Translations under genes and position numbers: made by a program
Shown: positions 25,058-38,417 of the stretch, one piece after another
Position numbering within the stretch: position 1 is the first letter of the stretch
Layout: each line of letters starts with the position of its first letter
NCBI GenBank assembly: GCA_973895155.1
Contig: OZ316891.1
Span: forward strand, 9,797,875-9,861,874
Reading direction: 5' to 3'
Source: Marsupella aquatica
Lineage: Eukaryota; Plantae; Marchantiophyta
DNA length: 64,000 nucleotides
Notes under the pieces: model-generated
Told to the model about the DNA's origin: nothing
The model's input: the letters and a program-made list of their open reading frames with translations, nothing else
The model's database searches: none

Positions 25058-28000
25058 GCGGCAAGGGACAATGCAGCAGCAAAGCACTTTGACTCACCAG
25101 CAGCAGGTGCGACAACAAATCTCTCAGGTGCAACAAAGCTATCTGACCAGCAAGAGCAACTTCAGCCTGCTTATTTTCACCGCAACCACTAGCTTCCAAA
25201 TTACTGTCTCAGGTAGTAGTCATGTGTATAGCATGGAAGTAGATATATTCGTAGGCTAGCGTTAGTCTGAAGTACGCATGACCTCCTTTAGCTTTTTTCT
25301 TAAGAGAAATAAACGTAAGTTGCGATGATGTGCAGCAGTCTACCTTTCAGCAATCACGACTACAGCAGCCAATTCAGCAGCGCTCTTTTGCAAATGCGCA
25401 GCAGCAGCATAGGCAGATGCCTCAGTTACCTCAAGTACAGCAGGATACTCAGCAGCAGCAGCAGCAGCAGCAGCAACAAGTGGTTCCAACACCTATGAGC
25501 GGTCAACAGCATCAGCAACAGGCACAGGCACAGCAACTAGCCTCTGCAAATGGGTCAGCAATGTTGATGCAGTCAGCTCCACAGTCAGGGAACACACTTA
25601 ATGGAAGTTTGCCCGTGGGACAGCCTCCTAGTGGTGCTATTGACCCACAGCGCGCTCAGCAATATTCCAAGCAGCAGCGTTGGCTGTTGTTCCTGAGGCA
25701 TGCAAGTAAATGCACAGCATCAGAGGGACAGTGCAACATTAGTCCTCATTGTCACATGGCCCGACAGCTTTGGACTCATCTTGGGTCATGTCGTGAGAGA
25801 GACTGCCAGTACACTCGTTGCAATGCGTCAAGAACTCTTCTTCATCACTATCGAATTTGCACTGATACCCGCTGTCCTGTTTGCGGGCCTGTGAAGCAGA
25901 TGATAAATCAGAAAAGGCCTCAATCCTCTCAATCCTTGCTTGGCCAGAGTTCTCCTGCGAATGTGTCGTCACCACAATTTAGCATGGGCAATATGGGAAA
26001 TCTAATGCCAGCTGGAACACTTCCTGCATTAGCATCAACAGCTTCTGGATCCTTGGATGTTGACCTACAACCACCTCCTCCCAAACGAGTCAAGGTGGAA
26101 CCTGGGGGTTTAAGTGGTAACATTGTCTCCCAACCACCACAGCAACTAACAAGTTCCAAGGCTCAGCCCTCACCCCAAGTTGCAGGACAACAGCAAGCTC
26201 CAAATCGTCATCTGACTGCTCCGAAGGCAGAAACTCTAAGTCCAGTAAAGACTGAGGGTGCTGGAGCTGCCCCACTGAGTGTGCCAAAGACGGAAAATCA
26301 GAATCAGACTCAATCTACTGTAACACAAAGGCAAACACAGGTGAAGGTGGAAGTAACAACCCAAGCTAAGGTTGAATTACACACAACATCAGCACCTTCC
26401 GTGAAGCCTGAGCCTGCCACTGGGGGCGTGGGTGCACATGCAGGAGGAAAGCAAGAAACTGCCAGCTCAGTACCTGCAAGCACAATCACAAATGCTTCAA
26501 TTGCAAAATCTGGAAAGCCAAAGATTGTTGGTACATCCTTGACAGAGCTATTCACTCCTGAAATGATACGAGAACATATAACAGGACTTCGGCAGTGGGT
26601 TGGGCAGGTATAGGTCTACCTAATCGCGATTTTTCACACTAAATGAAGTTTTGCAAAATTGTAATCTTAATGATGGTTTTGTAATCTTGAAGGTTTTTAA
26701 GTTGGCTATTTTCTTAGATGCTGCTTTGAAGATTGGTATAATTGAGTTGTGTTGTTTTTGTGTCCAGAGCAAAGCCAAAGCAGAGAAGAATCAGGCCATG
26801 GAGCATCAAATGAGTGATAATGCTTGCCGTTTATGTGCTGTCGAGAAGCTCACTTTTGAGCCACCTCCAATATACTGTACTGCTTGTGGTGCTCGAATAA
26901 AGCGTAATGCTTTATACTACACTGTTGGTTCAGGAGAAACCAGACATTATTTTTGCATACCTTGCTACAATGACATACGCACGGAAACTGTAGAAATGGA
27001 TGGCATGTCATACTTGAAGTCAAGACTGGAGAAAAGGAAGAATGATGAAGAAACAGAGGAAGCGGTAGGTGGACTTACCACAGAATGTTAACTTTTGATT
27101 TATTAGTTGTCTGTCAGGATCTTGATGCCTTGTGAGTTGTCTCTTGAGAGTTCATTGTGTAGTAGACCTCATGAGTCGTTGCTGGGATTTTGTTCTGTGC
27201 AGTGGGTGCAGTGCGACAAGTGTAATCAGTGGAATCATCAGGTTTGTGCCCTATTTAATGGGCGCAGGAATGAAGGTGGAGAAGCAGAATATACTTGTCC
27301 ACAGTGCTGCATGTCTGAAATTGAGAGAGGTGAACGAAAACCGTTACAATCATCTGCCGTGTTAGGGGCGAAGGATCTACCGAAAACATTCCTAAGTGAT
27401 CACCTGGAGCAAAGATTGGCACGGAAGCTCAAACACGAAAGGACAGAACGGGCTAGGGCATTGGGCAAAAGTATTGATGAGGTGAGCATCGTACCACTGG
27501 TTAGTAGAAGGGTCTCTCCGGTATTTCTGAATGGGGGCGATAGCCAATGTTATTAAAAGTATGGTTGTCTATCTGATAGCTTGCACTGTCGTTCACCCTG
27601 CTGGGTGTCTGTAAGGCTGTCCCTATCTTGCCGAGGTTCCTTGAGATGTTTGTCTTGTCAGTTTTCAGACTAGCGCAATGTTACATGCTGTTTACAATAT
27701 TGGCTCTTTGGTATACAAGAAATAGCTCCCTTTCTTGGAAAATTTCATGCAGAGTAATCCAAAGTACTCATTTCAAACTCCGTTGGCCCAGAAGAGAGTA
27801 CCCTTAACAAGGAATCGTTACTATCTCAGTACCTTTTATGCCTGCGGATTTTCTGTCATGAACAACAAAATATGTTACAGTACTGGTAATTGCTGTGTGA
27901 AGTTTCGGGTCCTGTTTCTTTCAGTAGTTTATGAATAGTTGACCATGTGTTTCTGAGGTAGAGACGAAGGTCGAATGGTTCCTCTTGAACAAGTGACTAA

Positions 28001-31000
28001 TAGTTTGTGCCGTGGAAGTTCGAGGTTTGTCCATAATAAAGGATGATGCTCTCAAGGCTCTGGTTCTCAGAGATTGACACTTTATGCAAGCAATTACGCT
28101 TCCTGCTAGGCTGAAGCCTTGCGGAATGGGCTAGTTTTGGGTGGCTTGGAATAAAAATAAACGAAGCCTGCGAAGTAAATTAAATGTTATCATGTCGCAA
28201 ATCTATTAGGCAGAACGTGAAGTATGCAGCTGCTGAAGGGTGCACGTGTGAGGTGAACCTGGGAAGGTCCTGAACCGGTTGTGATTGGTTAATGACTAGT
28301 ATGTATTGTTGTTTGTAAATGACTTTGATTATTTTGACGATATGTGCCTAATGGATTGATTGTCTTTGATGAATAGGTTCCTGGGGCTGACTCTCTTGTA
28401 GTAAGAGTTGTATCGTCAGTTGACAAGAAGCTCGAAGTGAAGCAGCGCTTTATGGAGATTTTTCAAGAAGAGGACTATCCAACCGAGTTTCCATACAAAT
28501 CGAAGGTTCCAAAGTTCCAAAGCTTATGCTACTAATGCCATAGATGTTTCTTTGGAGCCATATTTCATCTCTCAACGGGCGAGGGAAGGATTCAGCGTTT
28601 TCCAATATGTCAATTGGGCAAGCTCTAGTTCAGTGCAAAAGCATTTGTTGTTCCTAATCGTATCAGTGGTTCATGTCTCAGGTTGTATTACTATTTCAAA
28701 AGATTGAAGGAGTGGAGGTGTGTCTCTTTGGAATGTATGTCCAAGAGTTTGGGGTAGACTGCCAGCATCCAAACCAACGGCGTGTATACTTGTCATACCT
28801 GGATTCTGTGAAGTATTTCCGGCCCGATGTTAAGACCGTTAGTGGGGAGGCCCTCCGGACATACGTGTATCATGAGATCCTGGTAAGTACTACACCATTC
28901 ATTCTTTCTTCTTAAGGATTGAGCGGTACTTTCCACAGGGTCACAAGCGGGAATTGATTCACTTTCTTACTTGAGCTCCTGCCATCCATATCTAAACGGG
29001 AGGCTTCCTAATTGAGATTGTTAACTTGCTTTTTCTTTCTGCGTCGTGTCATTTATATACTGGATACCTCTCATCGTGTTTGAGACGGTGGTGTTTTCAG
29101 ATTGCCTACCTGGATTATTGTAAAAGACGAGGTTTTAGTAGCTGTTACATCTGGGCTTGCCCGCCTCTCAAAGGGGAAGATTACATTTTATATTGCCATC
29201 CAGAGATTCAGAAGACGCCAAAGTCTGACAAGCTTCGTGACTGGTATGTCTTGGTTACGTGATCGGCTCACAGCAACCATATTTGTTCATATCTGTGATG
29301 ATCTTGGGCTACTAGACTAGACTTTATTTTCCAGGGTTTTCGACTTCTGTGAATGATGGGTAGCGGTCAAGGACCAAATGTTCCCTCTTCAGGAACAAGA
29401 CTTCGCTTTATCTGGGCTCAAACTTTGTGTCCAGTGGAAAGAGAATTTTAACTGGGGAAGTGTCTTGTATTGATACCCCAGGAAGAAAATGATCAGCAGT
29501 CTTTAATCAAAATCCGTTTTTGTCTTTCAGGTACTTGACAATGCTAAAAAAAGCTACCAGTGACGGTATTGTTGTAGAGGTGACCAATCTCTATGACTAC
29601 TTTTTTGTCTCAACTGGTGAATGCAAGGCAAAGGTGACTGCTGCACGCTTGCCATATTTCGACGGAGATTATTGGCCTGGTGCTGCGGAGGACATGATAG
29701 TGCAATTGCAGCAAGAAGAGGAAGAGGGACGCAAATTGCAGAAAAAAGGGAAGAACAAGAAAACTGCAACTAAGCGCGCCTCGAAATCAGCGGCACAGGC
29801 AGAGCTTGCCAGCAATGCTTCAAAGGACCTCCAACTTATGTACAAGGCAAGTACAATAGATTACAACTTCAACAGTGTGAAGAACGAGGGATATCTTCCT
29901 TTCGAATATGGGAGAGATAGATGACCAACCTGGTGGACTCTATGTGTGATAGGAAAGAAAAAATAGTTGCAATGCATCTGGTTCTCTTGCACTGAAGTTT
30001 GCTAGCTTAGACTTCTGTGTTTTTTCTCTGAACACTACCTAAGGTGTGAACATGAGTTTGTCTTTCTTTGATTCTGAGTATTGTGTTCAGCGTGTGTGCG
30101 AATTGAATTAAATCTAATCAAGAAGAGACCGCGTGTTGATAACCGAACCTTACCTGAATCAATTTAACTATGTTCTGCAGCTCGGAGAATCTATTTTACC
30201 AATGAAGGAGGACTTCATAATGGTGCACATGCATTATGCCTGCACCCACTGCCGGTTGTTCATCACTTCAGGTTATCGTTGGAGTTGCAAGCATTGCAAG
30301 AACTTTCAACTTTGTGACAGGTGCATAACTATAGATGACTTTCGTTTTCATTCCGTTTTGACTCCTGGACAGTGATTTACCACTTTGGGGCCAATAGGTG
30401 AGACTTGCTGTTTGAAGTTGTTCCTAGGAAATGGAGCATTGAATGGAGAGCTAATGTGGCACAGAGACAGAGCTCTGAATGTATGCCATTGGTTCAGTAG
30501 ATCGCTTTAGTACAATTCTTTCGGTTTTAAACTGGGAATTGTTTTCAAACATGTATGTTATGGATTGGTGATGGTGTTCATGTATATTGTGTTCCCTGAG
30601 GATTGTTGTCTAGCAAAGCACTTAAGATCATTTAAGGGCCACGTGGATTTTGATGTGTGAAATATCTGTTTTTGCAGTTGCCATGATGCAGAACAAAAGC
30701 GTGAGGAGAGAGATCGACATCCTATCAGCATTAAGGAGGCTCATGTACTTACACCCGTAAGTCCAGAAGTATCCTTGTATTTCCATCGTCTCTGCATTTG
30801 TTCACGTTCACTTTGCAATGGCAGACCGTAGGAGACGAGGCTTTTCCAGTTCGTTTTTTGTGAACTTGAAAGACTGGGTTTGCATGTAGACCCCATGTAG
30901 AGGTATGATTGCTGAGCGCCCACGCTAACGTCCCGGATATTTCTTTCGCGCAGATCCAAGTGGAAGATATTCCTCAAGAAACGAAAGACAAAGATGAGTT

Positions 31001-32572
31001 TATGGAGAGTGAATTTTTTGACACTCGGCAGGCCTTTCTGAGCCTGTGTCAAGGAAATCACTATCAGTATGACACTTTGCGAAGAGCAAAACACTCATCT
31101 ATGATGGTTCTTTACCATTTGCATAACCCCACAGCCCCGGCCTTTGTGGTGACATGCAACATGTGCACTCGTGACATTGAGACAGGAGCAGGATGGCGAT
31201 GTGAAACTTGCCCGGACTTTGATTTGTGTAATGGTTGCAAGGACCTTTCAAAGCACCCGCACAAGCTTACTCCACACCCATCTGCATCTGAGCGCAATGC
31301 ACAGAACAAGGAAGCAAGACAACAACGTGTCTTACAGGTTTATTTTCTCATTTATTTACTTTCTGCGATCTTTTATATGTTTCTCAGAATAAATGTTTGT
31401 GTTGTTATTTCGGGGTGGTTTCATGGAACTCATTTTATTCAGTCCCTGACAATCACACCATTTTACAATTCATTGTATGAGATGCTAAGTATATTACTTG
31501 TGAATAAAACTGAAAGGCTTAGCCTTGACACTTTGCCCTTTGCCATGTCCTGAAATCGATATGGAAGTAGTTGCTGTTTGTAGATTAGGTTGGTATGCAC
31601 TCTGCCTGTGGCTGAATCTGAATTGAAAGATACTTTAAAGGGTATTCAAATTGTTTGATTGCTGTTAGAATCGGAAGGAAAGTAAAGAAACTGTAAAAAA
31701 TGAATATGAAGAGATTCATCTTGAGAGTACGATTGAGAGCTGAGATCGGTTTCTGCTGCTTGTGCAACAGCTGCGTAAGATGCTCGATTTGCTAGTCCAT
31801 GCCTCTCAGTGTGGAGAACCCCAATGTAATTATCCCAAGTGTCGGAGCGTAAAGGGACTATTCAGGCATGGGATGATGTGTAAAGTTCGAGCGTCAGGGG
31901 GTTGTGCTCTTTGTAAGAGGATGTGGTACCTCCTCCAGTTACATGCCCGTGCTTGTAAAAAATCGGAGTGCCGAGTGCCACGTTGCAAGTAAGAAACTGT
32001 ACCTACCTATTTATATTGCTTTATTCCACCAGGTACATGTTTGGTTATCACCCGTTACTTGATTTAGCCTTCCTCTGGTTACTACTGGATGCACCTTAGT
32101 ATGCTCTAGTTTGCCTAAGGTTGTTTGAGGTTTGCTTGCAGCTTGCTGAGAATGCAATTTGTGAAGCACTTTTTGTGATTGTATCATAGATGCTTAGTTT
32201 GATGGTTTGAGCCAGTTGTGCTTTTAACTGTGTGTTCTTAGTCTTGATTTGAAAATGAAGGTGGATATTTCAATACCCAAATTCGGTTGTACGTATAGCA
32301 TTTGCGAATTTATTTCTTGAAATTTGGTGTCATAAATGCCCTGGAAAGCGTAGTGTACTTAGAAAGTCTACTCTGAAGGTCGACTGGAAAGTAAGATACT
32401 CCGTGCATGATTTTCGTGTAGTTCTTAAATATGGTATACTTTTGTGGGAAAATGCAGGGATCTTAAGGAGCATGTGAGGCGGTCAAATCAACAGCAAGAG
32501 TCACGACGAAGGGCCGCAGTAATGGAGATGATGAGACAGCGTGCTGCAGAAGCAGCGGGGGTTTCAAGTTAG
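21649..32572 (+). CDS. HAC1: p300/CBP-type histone acetyltransferase, HAC1-like. 16 coding exons: 21649-21809, 22315-22423, 23224-24229, 24499-25127 (donor uncertain), 25336-26607, 26768-27064, 27203-27481, 28377-28505, 28682-28882, 29101-29243, 29531-29846, 30181-30320, 30678-30756, 30954-31337, 31771-31988, 32458-32572
   Basis: KIX-like [17 protein letters not shown]; TAZ1 [14 protein letters not shown]; PHD WVQCDKC..WNHQVC; HAT core [46 protein letters not shown]; two ZZ fingers; TAZ2 [14 protein letters not shown]; C-terminus [17 protein letters not shown]. Splice phases are consistent throughout. Confidence 0.96.
22906..23155 (+). repeat. Perfect 125-bp tandem duplication in HAC intron 2
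   Basis: 22906-23030 is identical to 23031-23155, with GA microhomology at the junction. Confidence 0.95.
24112..24183 (+). repeat. (CAG/CAA)24 polyglutamine tract in HAC exon 3
   Basis: 24 consecutive Gln codons; further Q tracts near 25030-25060 and 25450-25480. Confidence 0.95.
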
Positions 32573-35249
32573 TGGTTCACAGCGTATTGGATTGTGGTGA
32601 CATCAGGACAGTTCATTACACTGTCTAGAGTTTATCAATATCAGGTCTCTTGTAAATGGGTACAATTATTGACCTAGAACTTATGTAAGAACAGAACTGA
32701 GACCTCCCAGGAGTCCTCAAGTGGCACTAGGGTTGGAAAACCATACACAGCTTTGTAAAAGGGACATTCCCTGTACAGGTATGAATGCTGTGATCAACCC
32801 ATGAGCTTCCCCTTGCAAGGGCCCAGTGCTTTGTGTTGACGTGTACATAAAAATGTTTAAGCCATATCGAGCCATTTTGATGGCTTCAATAGTACTGTAT
32901 GTTACTGCTTAGTTTCGTTCGACAGCAAGCTCAATTGGGCAACATATCCCCTTGGCCTGACTAGACTTGAAAGGCGTGGGGAATCATTCATCTCCTGCCT
33001 TTGCGGAGGCGGAATAGTGCCTGGCTGCTTTGGAGTCAAGTAGCCAATGTGAAACCACTCTACCTGGGCCATAGGTGTGGATACTTGTTCCAAAATGCTG
33101 CCTCAAAGCCTGGGAGCATCAACATGGGAGAAAATTGATTGCAATCAAAACACGCAGGCTTTACACGTGAGACACAGTTACTCATGCAGGTACTTCAAAA
33201 TGTTTTCTTACATTGTGTCATCCGAAATCAACATGGGATGGCAATGAAAGTAGTGATTTGACTTGCACTCACATGCTTGCTAGGTCTGTTAGAAACACTT
33301 AACTAGTGGATTCTTGGAGCTGGCCTCTCGTCTTTGATGTACTGTGTCATGTCTCGTTCATCGAATTGCCATGCGCACTTCGTGAATATAGTAGATGCTC
33401 AATGTTTCATTTCCTTTTTTGCTTCTCCATCATATACTTTGAGGATGTTCCTATGTTTGAATATTCGATTGATGCTTTCGTCTCATCTACTTCTAATGGC
33501 CTCGTGGTTATTGCAGACTACTAGAAAGATCTTTCTGGGGCCAAGATTTGTGACCAAAGGTGATCACAATTGTTGCCTAAGGCTGTATTCTACATTGGTG
33601 TATGTTAATTGACGGATCAGAACGGCTTAGTGGACTGGCCATCATTCAGCATCACTTACGGGGCATTGATTCTCTCTACCCTATTCCAAACTTTCAGTGA
33701 ATGAAGATGGTTGTTTTGTCAGGAGTCTGGGCAGCAGGCAATATGGCTTGAAGAGTCCATTCAAGAGAATTTGCAGCTTTAGTCCAGTGAGAGGGTTATG
33801 TAGAGCACAGTTGTAGAGAGCAACGCAGAGTTACCTCATGGTTGGATTTTTGAGCATTTTTTAAATCAATTTTGCAGCTTCAATTCTGTCTTCCATGTGT
33901 TTTAAGGGGCTGTCTTGAAGCCTTGACCGTACTATCCGTGTGTGAGTAGGTTGTAGACACAAGTTCTTGTTATTTCTCTGCCGAATGTTTGGCGTAAGCC
34001 GAAATTTTAAGGTTTCGCTTGCAGTGTAGTTGATGTCCAGGGCCTCGGCTAACAAGGCAACATGTTTCGATTCCCTAAGTCAAGTAATTCTAATGGATTT
34101 TGATTTTGAGCAAATTGTGAAGGTTTCCCGACGTAGCAATTCCAAGACATAACATGTGAGTTCCACCAGACGAGGTACTCGTTGGGCGTGGTTCGCAAGG
34201 TCAATCATCATAGGCCACCTACTTTATCTCATTTAGCATTTGTTGTGAGTCAATGTCGTCCACTGGGGTCCTAACTTCTTATCAGCTCGAGGAGCAATTC
34301 ACAGGTATAGACAACACCAAATCACTGGTTGAACAAAGCATACAGACCAAGTGGTTAGTTTTGTAACGTCGTTGTTTTTTATGTCAGTCTTACTGGGGTC
34401 AGTGTCCCACCTGATCAGATGGTTGTGAGGAGAGATCGTTAATTAATATTGCCAAGATACGATGACAAATCTTTACAATGACATTCATGATCTGCCGTGC
34501 CAATTTAGAGGTTTAGGAAAGTCATATTTACTCTGAAGAGTCTGCAAGAGAATGATGAAATTGTCGAGCTGCGATTGGAAGCAGTTCTGGGCCATTATCC
34601 ATAATTGCTGTCTCCGAACAGAATGACTACATTTATTAGTAGCCCCAGGATGCGTGGGCCTTAATTGATGCGGATTGGCAGAGGACATACTAGACATTCC
34701 TGGAGTTGATGATGGACAGCAAAAGCAGAGCTATGTGAGGGACAATATATCGTCGATTCAACCACTACAGATGAGTACCGCAGCGAAGACTCCGTCCCTA
34801 TCCAAAAGTTAACATACTATAATTTTTCTTTCTTTCTTGAGGCCCATTCTTGAACTCACTTAGCTCCATTCTCTTATGACTCTGTTCACCCTTGTGGTCA
34901 TGAAGGCACGCTCCCAGTTATTCTAGAAGGTCAAAATGTGCTTTACCATCACAGGGTGGGGTAGGCTCAAATTCAAATACTCCTAGTAACTTACGTAACA
35001 AAACAATTGAATTAGTATGCTGAACACTTACGTGTAACACACATGCTATGTTCGTCGTGCAACTTGTTATTTTCTTGGTTCTTCTACTGATTCATGAATG
35101 ACTTTCACACTCTTAAACCTTTAATTTAACTATTAAATAAAAATCTGTCTAGAAGGTTTTTTGGCTCTCCTATTGATCCATGAATGACTTTTACAGTTCT
35201 TAAAATGTTAAAAATCTTAATTCTAAGTCTCAAATGAGTAAGTTTACTC

Positions 35250-35500
35250 GATCAGGTGAGGGGAGCAAGAGGAACTTAAAAGTCAAAATGGATACATCAA
35301 TGACTATTAAACTATTTAGAGACAGTAAATTTTAAATTTAATTCTCAAAGTAGAGTAGGTGAGAGGAGCAAGAACGTAGAAGTCAATATGGATCTAGATA
35401 ATTACACTATGCTATTTTCAAATTTTATCCTTAAATAATTAAAGTAACTACTGTAGATTAGGCGAGGGGAGCAAAAGGAAAGTAATAGTCAATGTGTGGT
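35250..35500 (+). repeat. Degenerate ~103-bp tandem repeat x3
   Basis: AGG(T/C)GAG(G/A)GGAGCAA..AGTCAA.ATG at about 35254, 35357 and 35460. Confidence 0.6.
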
Positions 35501-38072
35501 GGTATCATTATGGAATCTAATATCTGGTGTTATTGGCATGGGGGACCAAAATGACCCCTGGACATATTGTCAAAATCTGATGAACTCTAAACATGAGTTG
35601 AGCTTATTAGGAACAGAATCTACACTATATAATGTTAAGCTATATATCTAACATTAAACTGTATGGACTACGTACACTGAGGTAATTATACACCTCAATA
35701 TGCAAAGTTCTGAGTAATGTGTAGCATATATTTTGTCATAAGATAGTGGCCATGACACCTGGGTGCATTACGTACAATATGAACTAAAACCCTAACCCCT
35801 ATATATGCGGAGGTAGATGTGGACTTCAACATGCAGGGTTTTGAGTGCTGCACAGCGGGGTGCTGCACATTTTATAATAGGAAACTGGTTTATTTGACAC
35901 TCATATGTGGCTAATCCATGCCAGAATGTCAAATTTCTATAGTGATTGTTGAATTCCTGGTTGAATTTTGATTTACTTCAGCAGGTCTTGCTTTTTGTGT
36001 TTTTCCTCATTTGGAATTAGGAACAACATCCTTTAATTTGTTTGAGAAATTTAACTTAGAATGCACACTATGGCTCACATGGACTATCGAGTGCACACAG
36101 GTCAGTTACAAATAAATTCTTTTGATTCCAATTAAGAGTACACACAACTATGTTACATGAAAGTTATCTAATATACATGTACATGTAATGAGTATCAGTT
36201 CATTGTTAACATCAACCACTATAATATGTCCAAACGAGGAGTAGTCCATTTACAAATTAACTTTCCGGGTAAATCCATGAGAGCACTAACTTTCTTGGAT
36301 TATCAGAAAACGGGGCAGGCTACAAAGTTAAGCAAATATATACGTAAGAATAAGTGTCCATAGTATTTTGAGTATATAAGACACTGCTAACAAGACAGGA
36401 ACCCCAAACAGGGAGACATGGGGCAAAACCCAATAAAGAGTACAATTCACAGGAATAAATATATTCAGATACAAAAGTGCAAGCTATACAAGGTACAACA
36501 CTACACTCAATGAGTAGCTAGGGAGATAGAGTGGTCAGAAAGTGCAAGCTAAATGGTGCAACCTACACTCAACGAGCATTGGCTAGGGAGAGAAAACAGC
36601 ATCACCAACTAAGGATTTTACAAAACAAAAAATAGTTTTTTTGCTTTTCAGAAAGGCTTGACCTTTTTTGCTTTTTTGGGGGTTGTTGTTCTTTTGCTTA
36701 TTAGGAGCCCATATTTGCTTTTTGGTTGCACTTTATGTCGTGGGTCTTTTTGGATCCTTTGAGAAAAGTTACAAAGGAACCATAATTTATCTAAAGGGGG
36801 AAAAACAATTTACATTGAAGGGAAAGAAAAAGAGGTCCAAAGAGTACAAACACCAAACATGGAAAAAAAGGCACAAGCACCCTGGGAAAAGAAGAAGAAA
36901 AGGAAGGGGAAATTTTGCTAACTTCACTAGTGGGATGGACTAAGCTCACATCTAAAGCAAATGTGGCAAGAACTAATGGTTCACATCTAATGTCAATGAG
37001 AGGTGCAACTTCTTTTAAGGTGTGAGTACTTTTGGGTTCGTTGATGCATGTATGGAAGTGGAGGGTGCTTATTTATCTTGGTCCCTTCTTGACTCTCTTA
37101 GTTCAGTCTCTCATCACCATGGGACCCCTCTTGAATTGCTATTAGATAACAGGGTTGTTTTGTCGACAACATCTTTTGCATAATGTCATCAATTCCACAA
37201 TGACATGTTTCGCACAATGTCATCACTATTGCAACATTGTTGCACAACATTTTTTGCACAACAACATCTTTTGTGCATTGACATTTTTTATGCAACATCT
37301 TCTAGGCAATAGGCATTGAGTTAGTTAATTATAACTACTATGGAAAATGACTTGCCATAGTAGCTATCAGTTTTGTAGTTTGTTTTATGACTTTTAAAAA
37401 TGATCCATTTTTAACTAACACTAAGATATAATATAGGCATTATAATTATGCTATAAACCAAAATAACAAATTACTCTGGGCTACTTTGTGAATCTTATGG
37501 TTGACACTGGGATGCATTCATGGCATCTGGAAGTACTACTGTCTTCCCTTGAACACAACGCCATGGTGCTATATTCAAATAATGGGCCATAGGGCCCTCT
37601 ATTAGAATACAGGCATTCTGTTTGAGGTTTTGACAGGCATAGGACAGATGTGTCTTATAGACAAGTGTTTGCATTCAAGCTTCTTCGACTTCACAAGAAT
37701 ATTTCTTCCTAAAATAATGTGTAGCTAAATGATTCACATACTGAAATCACACAAGGGGACAATAACACATTTGTGATACAACTACAAGACAGTACCTAGT
37801 CTACGTACTATTAACACTGGGCCAAACATATTTATGACATAGAATAGTTCACCATAAGTTTACTCCACATGAGTGGTCATTGTCTAAATTTTCAACTAAC
37901 ACAATAGATATCATATCTAACACAACTGTCTGGTTGCCCCATGGGTTGCCCCAAAAGAAAAAAACTTTGAAGCACAATAAATACACATATATAAGGAAGG
38001 AAGCTTGGACAAGTTTACCTTGTGTACCAAAGCCAGTCAAGAAAACCAGAAATATGAATGTCATGTTGCCAG

Positions 38073-38417
38073 TGGGAGGTATTTACTCTTAGGTCTAGGG
38101 TTACAACATGCAACCAATTTAGGCTAACCGTAGTTGAAGACGTGATTATATTAACTAAGTTGTAGACTATCTCTTAAGCGATGCTTGCTTGGATAAATGA
38201 AACTAAGACTCACTGTTATGGAATCACTTGAGAGATAAGGAGAGCTTACATTGTGGAGAATAGATAAGGCCCACAGACTTAGAGTTCAGTAAAGCTCTCT
38301 TGTGTGTTCCCGAGGTCGACGTAATCTTGAGGAGGTGAACTATGTATCTCATGTGTCGCCACTTGTGCGTTGAATGTGTCATGGGCTTACCGTTGTGAAT
38401 ATCGTCTATGCTTAATA
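38073..38417 (+). mobile_element. Old, diverged solo LTR of copia family A
   Basis: ATTTACTCTTAGGTCTAG..CAGTAAAGCTC..TGTGTGTTCCCG..GGAGGTGAAC..CATGGGCTT..GTCTATGCT colinear with 4964-5308; TSD degenerate (GCCAG/GCCGA). Confidence 0.8.

Noticed and set aside
23295-26555. Minus-strand ORFs including poly-Ala/Leu
   Set aside because: Antisense shadows of HAC exons and CAG repeats.
33700-34790. Coding-like composition downstream of HAC
   Set aside because: All frames are interrupted, with no recognisable domain, splice pattern or snoRNA box pair.
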